Shown: piece after piece, positions 54,810-64,000 of the stretch
Numbering within the stretch: the stretch's first letter is position 1
Layout of the letters: each line of letters opens with the position of its first letter
Sequence record: MT135025.1
DNA: 64,000 nt
Strand: one strand, 5' to 3'
Program-made: the position numbers and the translations under genes
The notes under the pieces: model-generated
The model's database searches: none
Seen by the model: only the letters and a program-made list of their open reading frames with translations
What the model was told of the DNA's origin: nothing

Positions 54810-55142
54810 ATGTCAAATATTATTAACATCGAAAACCGCATCGAGGTGCGCAATTGGTTCACCGCACAGCTTAAAGCGCAAGGTATTTCTTATGTTCGCT
54901 TGTACAGCAATAAAGCGAAAAAGCATCCTAAAGCTGTACACGGCTATAGAATGAAGTATTACGCCGTAAAGCGCGACCAACACCGAAACGTGTCGATTGT
55001 CACTCGCTTGGAATTTATTAACGCTAAAGCTAAAGCACTTGGTATACCTTTTGCATTGGAACGCGACCTAAGCCTTAACGGTTACTTGCACACGGTACAA
55101 AGCTTGCGAATTGTCCCTGTAAGCGCTTGTACGAGCGATTGA
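54810..55142 (+). CDS. Hypothetical protein
   Basis: GGAG RBS. Confidence 0.75.
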   Translation: MSNIINIENRIEVRNWFTAQLKAQGISYVRLYSNKAKKHPKAVHGYRMKYYAVKRDQHRNVSIVTRLEFINAKAKALGIPFALERDLSLNGYLHTVQSLRIVPVSACTSD

Positions 55143-55569
55143 CCTTCACCTTGCTCTTAGTATTGATCTTGCGCTAACGTCGCAAATCAACTTATCCACA
55201 GAAGTTCAAGGTGGGCGTACAGCGAATTCCCGTACATGTGGTCATAAGCTGTACGTCCTTGTGGATAACCTGTTTAGAACTCTTCTTACAAAAGTGTGCA
55301 CTAACGCACACTTTTTTCGTTGACATACACCCCATAAATTCATATTATATGTACATACCAAAGGGGGTAAGCAAATGTTCACACTATTGTTCTTTATATT
55401 ATTTTTCCCTGTAGCTGCACTAATTGGTGCAGTGTTCAACCTCGATGAGAAGTGGGGTTAGTATGCCATTCGCTGATTTATTCCATAACATGTACGCGCT
55501 TGCGGGTGTGTTGTTTATCGCTGTTATTGTTGTTTCTGTTATTACTGATTTATTTTAGGAGTTTCTAAT

Positions 55570-55956
55570 ATGCACACTTTTAAACTACAAACCGAAGATT
55601 TTCTAACTTGCGACGCTGCGATATTTGCAGCAGCTGAAAGTAACGAAGTTGTTACAGTGCTTAACATCGAGTTCGATTATGCAACTGGTGAATGTACCGT
55701 ACAGTGTACACACCCCGTTACTATGCGCGAAGCCGATGCGTTCGCACGTCACTGTGTAGCACATGCACCACTTACACGCTATGTTCTAGATAACAATGGT
55801 GATATCACAGATTACTTGTGGTGTGCGCTAGGTAGCAATGACCACGCTGTTATAAACCGCACCACAGGTGAAACTCACTGGTGCTACAATCCCGAAGCTG
55901 TTACACAGTACCTATTCGATAACGATGTATATGCACCATATGCACAGTTCGAATAA
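55570..55956 (+). CDS. Hypothetical protein
   Basis: AGGAG RBS; terminator follows. Confidence 0.75.
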   Translation: MHTFKLQTEDFLTCDAAIFAAAESNEVVTVLNIEFDYATGECTVQCTHPVTMREADAFARHCVAHAPLTRYVLDNNGDITDYLWCALGSNDHAVINRTTGETHWCYNPEAVTQYLFDNDVYAPYAQFE

Positions 55957-56021
55957 GCAATAAGCATACCAGCTAAGCACCCTATCGGGTGCTTTTTATT
56001 TCCCCTTTATATAAGCATTCC

Positions 56022-56111
56022 CTAATAGAACTATTCCTAATAAACACCCACCTAATAAAGCATATACTAATACATCCATTCCTAATATAGTCTTTACTAA
56101 TACATCTTAAT
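56022..56111. repeat. Six CTAATA motifs with exact 15-bp period
   Basis: CTAATA at 56022, 56037, 56052, 56067, 56082, 56097. Confidence 0.85.
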
Positions 56112-56534
56112 GCTGTATGTACAGCTTACGACTCAGTGTACAGCTTTCATGTCATTAATGAACTATTCGCTGCACGTGCCACGAGGGGGTGGGCCATGAT
56201 GGGCGACTTTGATGTCATCGGGAGGATGCCACATCGATTATTTATATCGTCACCTACAGCTCACCCTGTATATACATACAGTATGACGTTGATACAACTT
56301 ATCGATGTATGTACAGCTTTGAGCATGATAACGACCCATTCGCTGCACATTCATCGACATGCCGACCGTGCATCAAACCGCCGGGGGCCCGATGATCGTC
56401 GACAAGATGTGCCGGCCATGATGGTGCTAATTTTATCCGCCGTCCAAAAAGATTTGAGGTTTTAGAATGTTGTCTAGTAATGCGCTACACACTTTGTATA
56501 ATGTACATACTTTCTGCAACAACATAAGGTCTGT

Positions 56535-56927
56535 ATGATGGAAATACCTAACGAAGTAAAACAGGATGTGTTGTCCTACATTGAGTGGTATGAAGCAACA
56601 TACCCTGAATACAATCAGTGGACGTGCACTGCAATTAAAACATGGATCCTTAACAAGTACAACACAGGGCAAGAGAACCTGTCCGTGCACGCGAACCAAT
56701 TCAACCGTGTGCGCACAATGTGGTCATCCCTGCTCAACCAACACTGTGGCAACAAAGGTTACACATTGGACTTCTGTGCACACCCGTTCCTTCACCTGTC
56801 TAAGGCTTATTTCGGCATTGAATTGCTAACCACACCGGAAGATGAGGGCAAGGTTTACGCACGTATTGAGGTGGAGCGTAAAGAATTCATTGAATGGGTT
56901 AAGAAGGAGTTGACCACATGTCCGTAA
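56535..56927 (+). CDS. Hypothetical protein
   Basis: First ORF of an operon. Confidence 0.7.
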   Translation: MMEIPNEVKQDVLSYIEWYEATYPEYNQWTCTAIKTWILNKYNTGQENLSVHANQFNRVRTMWSSLLNQHCGNKGYTLDFCAHPFLHLSKAYFGIELLTTPEDEGKVYARIEVERKEFIEWVKKELTTCP

Positions 56928-57241
56928 TAGTTAATCCCGCTCTTGCTCCTGCGGTGATTGCAGTTGCAAACAATTCATCTAGCAGTGTGCCACCTGAAAT
57001 TGGTATACTGCAATTCTTGGTATTTACGCCACTTATTTGGGTCTGCATCTGGATGATAGGTGCAATGTGTGACCGTTGGTTTTGGCGTTGGTTTTGGCAC
57101 GCAGGGGTTGGATCGCTGAGCTTAATCCTTGCAATTCCATTTTTACTAGCGCTGGACGTGCTAGGTGTACCGCGGGCAATGTGGCTCGCAGAACGAATCG
57201 TTGCAACTTTGGAGATATTACATAATGCACTCTTTACCTAA
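56918..57241 (+). CDS. Membrane protein
   Basis: Two hydrophobic segments. Confidence 0.7.
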   Translation: MSVIVNPALAPAVIAVANNSSSSVPPEIGILQFLVFTPLIWVCIWMIGAMCDRWFWRWFWHAGVGSLSLILAIPFLLALDVLGVPRAMWLAERIVATLEILHNALFT

Positions 57242-57485
57242 AGCAGCTTCCATGTGGAAGAAAGGAAACAAAGAAGAAGCTACTAAAGCAGTTCAAACAA
57301 TGTTTAACCACATTAAGAAAGCTTCTGATTTTACTTACGGCTTTGAATATGCGTTTAAAGGAATGAACGCACGTATCGTACCTTCTGACACGCACTTCAC
57401 TTTGATTTGCGGGTCGGATCGTTGTAGCGTACCCCGTAACCTAGACGCGGGGGTACTTGGTTTCAATCCTAAGAAAGGACGTTAA
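57225..57485 (+). CDS. Hypothetical protein
   Basis: GGAG RBS, overlapping start. Confidence 0.7.
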   Translation: MHSLPKAASMWKKGNKEEATKAVQTMFNHIKKASDFTYGFEYAFKGMNARIVPSDTHFTLICGSDRCSVPRNLDAGVLGFNPKKGR

Positions 57486-57486
57486 A

Positions 57487-57717
57487 ATGGCACTGAGTGT
57501 TTTACAGGTAAAAGTGTCCGTTATGGACACCGAACCAATGAACGAGTTGATCTCAATTATTTGTGGTTGGGATCGTAGTAAGCTTCCAGTTGAGTACAAA
57601 GACCAACTGGAAGGATGGGCAAACAAATTCCTAGATGGAGAACCAGATGAACCTGCAAAGCCTGGAAAAGCTGAACAGCTTGTTGAAGCAGCACGAAGCG
57701 CTTCTACAGAAGATTAA
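57487..57717 (+). CDS. Hypothetical protein
   Basis: AGGA RBS. Confidence 0.6.
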   Translation: MALSVLQVKVSVMDTEPMNELISIICGWDRSKLPVEYKDQLEGWANKFLDGEPDEPAKPGKAEQLVEAARSASTED

Positions 57718-57937
57718 AACCATTCGTGACATGGACATCGAGTTTGGCTTTATTCGACGTATTGATGGGCACGACCATATACACGGCAAACTTCGCAACG
57801 AGCCTAAACTGAAAGACCATGTGGTCAAGTTCTGGCACGACGAAGCTTACGAAATTGAAACTCAACTTGAAGCGTTGGGTTTTGATGTTACTTCGTTAGA
57901 GACCCGTTGCAGCCCACCACCACAACCCACTGAGTAA
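57635..57937 (+). CDS. Hypothetical protein
   Basis: Overlapping ORF; true start uncertain. Confidence 0.6.
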   Translation: MENQMNLQSLEKLNSLLKQHEALLQKIKTIRDMDIEFGFIRRIDGHDHIHGKLRNEPKLKDHVVKFWHDEAYEIETQLEALGFDVTSLETRCSPPPQPTE

Positions 57938-58005
57938 TCTAGCTTTTGAACGTTCTAAGCGGTATATTAACACTATACCGCTTTTATTGTATTTGGAGAT
58001 TAGAA

Positions 58006-58188
58006 ATGGTTAAGTGTGTACATTGTTCATATACTGTTGGTTGGGTTGGAGATGAGCGTCTTGAGCACCCTGAGGGTGAGTTCTACAAGGTGGGTGAAGC
58101 GAACCGCTTCCATGGTGACAAAAACGATATGTTTGTTATGGGTTGTCCTCGCTGTCACAAAATTTTCCTTAGCGAAGAGGATATTTAA
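58006..58188 (+). CDS. Small CxxC...CxxC Zn-ribbon protein
   Basis: CVHC and CPRC; GGAG RBS. Confidence 0.7.
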   Translation: MVKCVHCSYTVGWVGDERLEHPEGEFYKVGEANRFHGDKNDMFVMGCPRCHKIFLSEEDI

Positions 58189-58189
58189 A

Positions 58190-58879
58190 ATGAAAGATCC
58201 AGTTAAGTTATGCGAAGACGAAGTGCTGTTTCAACTTTCGCAGGAAGAAGATAAACTAATGGAAGAGTTCATTCAAGCGAAGCGCGGTGAGATAGATCTA
58301 AACCGTGAAGTGGAACTGGACAAGAAATACCGTGAAAATGTTCGCGTCGGTGCACTTGGTGAGCCAATGGACGCAACCACTCGCGCAATGTTGCTCAACG
58401 GGCAGTTTGGTAAACACGGTTCAATTGATAACAAGTTCTACGAAGAGCTTGCTGAACGTAACAAAATTGCAATTGCACACATCGAGGGTAGTACAGAATC
58501 AGCTGTGCAAGCTTTCCGCTCACTAGCGGGTGCAATGCAGAAGTGCGGGCATGACTTAGCTCAGTTTGCGTATGTTGTGACCACAAGTGCACGCGACAAC
58601 CTTGTGGAGCAGGGTTATTCACCGGATATGTTCATTGTTAGCGACGAGTTCCCTCGCATTGACGAGCTGTTACCCAAGGGTGGTGAAGTTGTCCTTATGG
58701 GTGGTCGTGGTGGCGGTAAGAACACCCTTGCAGCTGAGCTCGTTGAGAGCATTGCAAAAGCGTATATTAAACCTCAACACCGTGGCTGTCATAAACACGC
58801 TGAACTAGGTGGTCGCACAAGTAAGGGAGACCGTCGTCGTAAGCGTCAGCAATGGAACCGCCCTCGAGGTACTAACTAA
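58190..58879 (+). CDS. Hypothetical protein
   Basis: GAGG RBS before MKDPVK; contains GGRGGGKNT (P-loop-like, isolated). Confidence 0.75.
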   Translation: MKDPVKLCEDEVLFQLSQEEDKLMEEFIQAKRGEIDLNREVELDKKYRENVRVGALGEPMDATTRAMLLNGQFGKHGSIDNKFYEELAERNKIAIAHIEGSTESAVQAFRSLAGAMQKCGHDLAQFAYVVTTSARDNLVEQGYSPDMFIVSDEFPRIDELLPKGGEVVLMGGRGGGKNTLAAELVESIAKAYIKPQHRGCHKHAELGGRTSKGDRRRKRQQWNRPRGTN

Positions 58880-59142
58880 TGTTTATGCGGGGTAGCTTAG
58901 AGCATGACGTGTTCTGCACCATTGTCACGCTAAACCGCTTTACATATAGTGAACTTAGCTGTAATATGGGTGTTAGTTCAGCACGTATTAGGCGTGCAAT
59001 TAAGTCCCTTAGACAAAAGGGTGTACTTATTCAAACAACTGGTGGTGGCAAGGGTTCCGGAATGGAACAAGAGCGTTTCCTTGAGTACAAGGGGCATCTA
59101 CCGCCTAAACAAAAGAGAGGATTACATGGCAACCCTAACTGA
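58879..59142 (+). CDS. Winged HTH DNA-binding protein
   Basis: TYSELSCNMGVSSARIRRAIKSLRQKG. Confidence 0.75.
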   Translation: MFMRGSLEHDVFCTIVTLNRFTYSELSCNMGVSSARIRRAIKSLRQKGVLIQTTGGGKGSGMEQERFLEYKGHLPPKQKRGLHGNPN

Positions 59143-59401
59143 ACTTCGTGTAAAGAAATTGCAAGATAAAGTTCTCAACGCGCGAATGGAAATGCAAGCT
59201 GCGGAAGAATCTTTGCAGTACGCGCGCGCAATGGAAGACGGTCAAACCATTAATTTAGGTTCTGCAATTGGTAGCTTTGACATGTCTAAAGAACAGCTTG
59301 TTGCAGCAGCTGAGAAGACTTACAAGGAAAAGAAAGGTTGTTATAACGTAATGTGTAACGGTGTTGATAGTTTCCTAACTGGTATGGGGATTGAATTATA
59401 A
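59126..59401 (+). CDS. Hypothetical protein
   Basis: GAGG RBS before MATLTEL. Confidence 0.75.
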   Translation: MATLTELRVKKLQDKVLNARMEMQAAEESLQYARAMEDGQTINLGSAIGSFDMSKEQLVAAAEKTYKEKKGCYNVMCNGVDSFLTGMGIEL

Positions 59402-59649
59402 TGGCTAAAGTAACCACAATTATCTGTGACGGGTGTGGCGACCCAATCACCAAAGAGAAAGACAATGACAGCCGCGCGTTAATTCGTCTTGTTTACCCTA
59501 GTGACAACCACAACGGTTTCGAAGCAATGGAAACTAACGACCTGTGTTCCGCGTGTTACTGCAAAGCACAAAGCGCGGTACTTGAAATCCTTAAACCTAA
59601 AGCGTGGACCCTTCACCATGATGCGCGTCTCATGCTGGACGTGGAGTAA
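59401..59649 (+). CDS. Zn-finger-like hypothetical protein
   Basis: CDGC ... DLCSAC. Confidence 0.75.
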   Translation: MAKVTTIICDGCGDPITKEKDNDSRALIRLVYPSDNHNGFEAMETNDLCSACYCKAQSAVLEILKPKAWTLHHDARLMLDVE

Positions 59650-59656
59650 TGTGGTC

Positions 59657-59851
59657 ATGCACTTTCCAATTGAAGATTTTATTAAAGCGCGTCGAAAAGA
59701 ACTAGCTGACGGTGAACGTTACGCGGGCAACCAAGGGGTTCGCAAGGGTAAGAAGACGACCAAGAAACAGCGCGAAGCTTTGGAGCAGGGTCAAAAGGCT
59801 TTAGCTGAGAAGCGAAGAATGCAACGGGAAGTTCGCAAGTCGTCTAGCTAA
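59657..59851 (+). CDS. Basic hypothetical protein
   Basis: GGAG RBS before MHFPIEDF. Confidence 0.6.
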   Translation: MHFPIEDFIKARRKELADGERYAGNQGVRKGKKTTKKQREALEQGQKALAEKRRMQREVRKSSS

Positions 59852-60024
59852 CTAACGGAAGGGTGTGTAATATAATTGCATACCCTTTTTATTTGGTGGC
59901 GGTATGGAATTCAAATTGGAAAAGTGGCTCAAAGAGAGTTACAAGTCCCGTAAGCAGGGTCAAGCATACGCAAGGACTAACATTCGGGACAACATGAAGA
60001 ACTATTGGAAACAGGAGAAAAGAA

Positions 60025-60486
60025 ATGGCAATTGTAAACGAAAAGATGAAAAAGGGCTTTGAGGAGCTCTACCGCATTGGTGCAACAGCAAACGTACTTC
60101 AGCAGTTCATGCGTGACGACATTGAGTACACATACAGCATGGAAGATATTCGAGCTATGGGGGAACTCAGCTTGGAGTGTCAAAACGGGTTTAACCTTAT
60201 CAAACTTGGTATGCAGGAAGTGATGGTTGAGCAGGAAGAACATATTGAATTTCTTGGTCGTAAACTAACCAAGAGCGGCGACGTGCGTTTTCCTAACGCG
60301 GAAGCTTTGTTAGTGCGTTTAAACGTTAACAGTGACCGCATTGTGTGGGGCTTAACACCCGATTGTTACTACCGCATGAAAAGCGAATTAGAGTCAAAGG
60401 GTTTCCCGTTTACGATTATCCCTTGCGGAACGGTGGCGGATAATGGTACAACTATTTGCACTAAAGAGGTAAGCGATGAAAAGTAA
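60025..60486 (+). CDS. Hypothetical protein
   Basis: GGAG RBS. Confidence 0.75.
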   Translation: MAIVNEKMKKGFEELYRIGATANVLQQFMRDDIEYTYSMEDIRAMGELSLECQNGFNLIKLGMQEVMVEQEEHIEFLGRKLTKSGDVRFPNAEALLVRLNVNSDRIVWGLTPDCYYRMKSELESKGFPFTIIPCGTVADNGTTICTKEVSDEK

Positions 60487-60895
60487 ACTTATTGACCACA
60501 TTACACAACCGTGCTCAAAGTCGTGCCAATCTGCGTGTATGGCTATGTTGACGGGTCTGCCAGTTGAAAAACTTATTGACCGTCACCACGAAGATTTGAT
60601 TAGTGGTAATAAGCGCTTCCACGAAATCTGTACCAAGTACGGTGTCGAAGTTAGCACACCAGAAGACTTGGAAAACATATTCGCGGGGTCAATCTATGTA
60701 TTGATTGTGTCTAGTGGTTTACTAACCGAATTGCACATGATCATTGTAGACGCCAGAAACGCTGAGGATATCCGCGTTTATGACCCCGCAACCTGCTATC
60801 GTCAATCTATTAATCCAGGAGAGGGTGAGGTCTTACTTCGCTCGTTTGTAGTTCGCTACCGTGTAGACCTAGCTCCACATTTGGGGGTGCTATAA
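60476..60895 (+). CDS. Peptidase C39-like cysteine protease
   Basis: Q-x5-C (QPCSKSCQSACMAM), LHMIIVD, VYDP. Confidence 0.7.
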   Translation: MKSKLIDHITQPCSKSCQSACMAMLTGLPVEKLIDRHHEDLISGNKRFHEICTKYGVEVSTPEDLENIFAGSIYVLIVSSGLLTELHMIIVDARNAEDIRVYDPATCYRQSINPGEGEVLLRSFVVRYRVDLAPHLGVL

Positions 60896-61323
60896 TGGTT
60901 CATGTTGTTAATAAGGGTAAAGAAGGTGAGCGCGAGTTTATCAAATTCCTGCAACCAATGGTTGACGAAGTTTACGAGAAGTTAGGTTTAGAACCTGTTA
61001 AACTATTCCGCAACCAAAACCAATCAGCTTTGGGCGGTTACGATATTGATGGAATTCCTTGGTTAGCTATTGAAATTAAGCGTCAGGAACAGCTTAGTAT
61101 TAATACGTGGTGGAACCAAGTCCTGAAAGCTACTGGTGAACACCAAGTACCGCTTTTGGCATTCCGTCAAAACCGGAAGCAATGGCGCTTTATGGTGTGG
61201 TCACACATCCATACAGGCGGATCCGGTTACGTTCAAGTTCGTTCAGAACTTAACAAGGAAGACTTTGAGCGTTGGTTCAAAGCACGGCTTGCTTATGAAG
61301 CAGTTCAGGAAGGTGGTGTATGA
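60895..61323 (+). CDS. Holliday junction resolvase (Hjc-like PD-(D/E)XK)
   Basis: KGKEGERE, YDI, AIEIKR, P.L.FRQNRKQW. Confidence 0.8.
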   Translation: MVHVVNKGKEGEREFIKFLQPMVDEVYEKLGLEPVKLFRNQNQSALGGYDIDGIPWLAIEIKRQEQLSINTWWNQVLKATGEHQVPLLAFRQNRKQWRFMVWSHIHTGGSGYVQVRSELNKEDFERWFKARLAYEAVQEGGV

Positions 61324-61607
61324 TTAATGTGTGGTATCTGTTCGGTACTTTAGGCGCGTTATTAGCTGTACTCGCTTATTTCCTAGTTGCATCCTCCCTA
61401 TGGAGCGCTACTGGTGAACGTTACAACCTTTGTAACTTAATATCTAGTGTGCTTATGGGGCTGAGTTTGGTTGGCGCTGCTGACCAACGTGCACTAGTTG
61501 TAAGCGTGGGGTGGATGGTGGTGAGCTTGTATATGCTCTATCGCTTGAAGCGTGAAAGGGGTAAGCTGTACGTGTTTGATTGGGTAACACGTTTGCGCCC
61601 AAAATAG
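61320..61607 (+). CDS. Small 3-TM membrane protein (CBU_0592/PQ-loop-like)
   Basis: GTLGALL...AYFL...YNLCNL..S..M...W..VSLY; same pattern as 16342-16596. Confidence 0.65.
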   Translation: MINVWYLFGTLGALLAVLAYFLVASSLWSATGERYNLCNLISSVLMGLSLVGAADQRALVVSVGWMVVSLYMLYRLKRERGKLYVFDWVTRLRPK

Positions 61608-61703
61608 CTAAAATAAGTCTTGCATAGAATTGTTCCTTACATTATTATAAGGGTGTTGCTTCGGTAACACCCTTTTTTATTAATTCTGCAAAGGACATGA
61701 ACT

Positions 61704-62765
61704 ATGTTTAAGCCGATGTTAGCTGCTACAGCACAACTTGATGCACTTAACGAAACATTTCTACAATCTATCAAACTGGAAGGTGTACGCGCACAGTTTA
61801 CACCAGATGAAGGTTTGGTAACACGCCAACTTAAACCTTTCAACAACACAATCATCTATGAGCGCTTTGATGCGGTTGAGCGTTACTGCTATGACCACAA
61901 CATTATGCTTGAGGGTGAATTCTACGTGCACGGTTGGGACTTCAAGCGCATTGATAGCTGTTGTCGCGGTGAGGGTAATATTGACGCCCGTCAAATGGAA
62001 TTCCACGTGTTTGACTGTTGGGATCCAGAGCAACCAGACCTACCTTTTGAACAACGTTACGAGCTTTACAAAACGCACGTTGCGGCGCTGTGTGCACTTG
62101 TGGGCCACATTGTACATGCGGTGCACCAATACCCCTATGTTAGCGAAAACGACGCTATGCAAGCCTATGCGTGGGCTATTGAGCACGGTTACGAGGGTCT
62201 TTGCTTTAAGCGCAAGGATCTAGGGTACAAACTCGGACGCTCTACTGTTAAACAGGGTTACTTCCTACGTATCAAACCGGAAAACCCATATGACGGGATT
62301 GTTCTAGGGTTTATCGAACGACAACACAACCTATGTGAAAGCCAAACGAACGAACTAGGTCATTTGTACAAACCGCAAAACAAAGACATGAAGCGTGCTG
62401 CGGGTATGGTTCAAAATGCTTTGGTGTACACACCTGAGATTGATAAAATTCACAAGGTTGCTATGACACGTGGCTTAACCGACCCTGACCGTGCAATGCT
62501 TTGGGATACGCAAGATCAATATATGGGTTGCGGAATTCAGTGGGTTGGTATTCCAGTTCCAGGACAGGACATCCCACGTTCCCCGCGCTTTGACAAATGG
62601 CGACACGACATTCAACCGACGTTCCTTGCGCATGATAGCGGTTCGCTTATGGTTGAATGGGACGCAGACAAGGTTGCAAGTTACTTGGAAAGCGGTTGCG
62701 ATTCTATTCCATTGACCACATTCTTGGAGCGTGTTGCTAGCGGTGAGTGGCAACTCGGTAAGTAG
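61704..62765 (+). CDS. ATP-dependent DNA ligase
   Basis: Motif I K-L-E-G-V-R, LEGEFY, FHVFD, EGLCFK, LRIKP, OB-fold PRF. Confidence 0.88.
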   Translation: MFKPMLAATAQLDALNETFLQSIKLEGVRAQFTPDEGLVTRQLKPFNNTIIYERFDAVERYCYDHNIMLEGEFYVHGWDFKRIDSCCRGEGNIDARQMEFHVFDCWDPEQPDLPFEQRYELYKTHVAALCALVGHIVHAVHQYPYVSENDAMQAYAWAIEHGYEGLCFKRKDLGYKLGRSTVKQGYFLRIKPENPYDGIVLGFIERQHNLCESQTNELGHLYKPQNKDMKRAAGMVQNALVYTPEIDKIHKVAMTRGLTDPDRAMLWDTQDQYMGCGIQWVGIPVPGQDIPRSPRFDKWRHDIQPTFLAHDSGSLMVEWDADKVASYLESGCDSIPLTTFLERVASGEWQLGK

Positions 62766-63039
62766 AAGTCTAAGGTTTATTAATAGCGTGGTTTATTTGA
62801 ATTAACTTTGCTATTAGTTGCTTATACCACATGAAGCCTTGTTAACTATAGCAAGGCTTTTATTTTGACTTAAAGATGGGTATTGCGCCAAAGCTTAGTT
62901 TTTAAAATTCAAATGTGGCATTATCTAATTGCACTTCATAGACTTATGCTTTGCTATAGTTGAATGTGGTTTAGCAATGCCGGGATGACCCGTATTACGA
63001 ATAATACAAACTTTATTGCAAGAACGCACTGTTGGCAGC

Positions 63040-63400
63040 AATTAAACTTGTGTGTGCACACCAAAAAAGCTATATAAAACAAGGGTTTAGGGGCGAAAAT
63101 GCACAAGTGTGCAAGTGCGCCAGCGAGGTTGGCCTATTTTTGGGGATCCTTTGCTGCGCACTTTGCACACTTGTTTCTGCTTAAACCATTGCAGACATAA
63201 AAGCAACAAATAGTAAAATATAGAATATAAAATAAAAGCTTATAACGTAATATATATAATGTGTGTATTTAATTAATAAAAGTCTATTAGTAGTTGGAAC
63301 TTAAAGTTAATTAGGATAATACTTCTAGTGGTATTAATGGAATGTACAGTTGTGTGCAATTTTCTGGCGCACTTTGGGGTAAGTTGCGCAATGAACGGTT
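63040..63400. other. AT-rich origin-like block Y with clustered TGYGCA/TGCAC motifs
   Basis: Several GTGCA/TGCGCA/TGCAC motifs flank an AT-rich core; shares AGTTGTGTGCAA with block X. Confidence 0.45.
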
Positions 63401-63631
63401 TTGTCTATGCTTTACTGCAAGAAATATGTATAGTAGCAACATAAAGCCTATGGCTTACCCTTAGTAACCGCGAGCCAACATACCGGCAGCGGCACACGGT
63501 GCAGTGTATACACGTGGTCACCGTGTTTACGCAGCCACTTTCGGGGGTGCTACGGGGTTTTAACTAGCGATCGGTGCAGTTGTACCGGCATTATTAACAA
63601 AGCGGCCCACAGGGGCTTACAGGGGTTTAGA

Positions 63632-64000
63632 ATGGTAGCTGTAACATTACAAGAACCAAAGGCAAGTAAAAACATTATTACACTACGTGAAACTATTCAA
63701 TTTGGACGTTTCCGTGGTTGCACTGGTGCGGAACTTATGAAGTCTGGTGAAGGTACTTCTTACCTAGTTTGGATTTTCAACAACACAGACATCCAGATCG
63801 AAGCTCCAATTGTTAACACCTTAGCTGCGCAAGGTCTTGTGAAGTTAGACACAGAGCGTCGCAACCAGAAAGCGGGTGGTGCTCAACTTGATACCAATAA
63901 GGCGATTACACTTGCCGAATGGGGTGGTACAGGTCAAATGATGGTTGACGCTGCTCGCGCTGCTGCACGCTTGGAACATTGCATTAAAGACAGTGTTCCA
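63632..64000 (+). CDS. 3'-partial protein with N-terminal FG(K/R)(Y/F)xG...YLxW motif
   Basis: MVAVTLQEP...IQFGRFRGCTGAELM...SYLVW; open to window end. Confidence 0.65.
   Translation, partial: MVAVTLQEPKASKNIITLRETIQFGRFRGCTGAELMKSGEGTSYLVWIFNNTDIQIEAPIVNTLAAQGLVKLDTERRNQKAGGAQLDTNKAITLAEWGGTGQMMVDAARAAARLEHCIKDSVP

Noticed and set aside
58190-58879. P-loop NTPase call for the GGRGGGKNT-containing protein
   Set aside because: The motif is near the C-terminus with no Walker B or rest of the fold; probably a fragment or coincidence.
1-64000. CRISPR array
   Set aside because: No run of identical 23-47 bp repeats with unique spacers; the 9-bp and 15-bp arrays are too short-unit and degenerate, and no cas genes were seen.

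Overview
Bacteriophage DNA in two distinct parts. Part 1 (1-~52586) is a T4-like myophage (Straboviridae type). Its gene content and order recall KVP40-like vibriophages, but that assignment is from memory and needs a BLAST check. It carries nadV (NAMPT), a glycosyltransferase/radical-SAM operon, nrdA/nrdB/glutaredoxin, topoisomerase gp52, queE, an ADP-ribosyltransferase-fold protein, an M15 peptidase, phoH and a Tad2-like DUF2829 protein. It also has two paralogous ~1090-aa tail fibres, a YkuK RNase H-like gene, a Ro60/TROVE-like (DUF2828-vWA) gene, a ~10-kb minus-strand RNA cluster with 29 canonical tRNAs covering all 20 amino acids, and the T4 block 57B-57A-1-3-29(?)-51-26-54-2-4-48-53. Part 2 (~52587-64000) starts where the gene after gp53 is cut off after 6 codons. 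It looks like the early/replication region of an unrelated phage (small hypotheticals, HJ resolvase, C39-like peptidase, ATP-dependent ligase, origin-like AT-rich blocks), so a chimeric or concatenated assembly must be excluded. The main finding is a candidate Ro-like RNP system. One motif (helix + 2-4 nt + C[A/G/U]GCA[A/C/U]) recurs in about 12 places: (i) the translation-initiation hairpin of the Ro-like gene itself, (ii) a YrlA-like permuted-tRNA Y RNA, (iii) two minimal Y-like RNAs, (iv) two paralogous 214/261-nt structured RNAs, and (v) six tRNA bodies with the motif grafted into the anticodon arm. A separate 240-nt tmRNA-shaped RNA and several other unexplained structured RNAs are also present. 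All RNA folds were read by eye, not computed.
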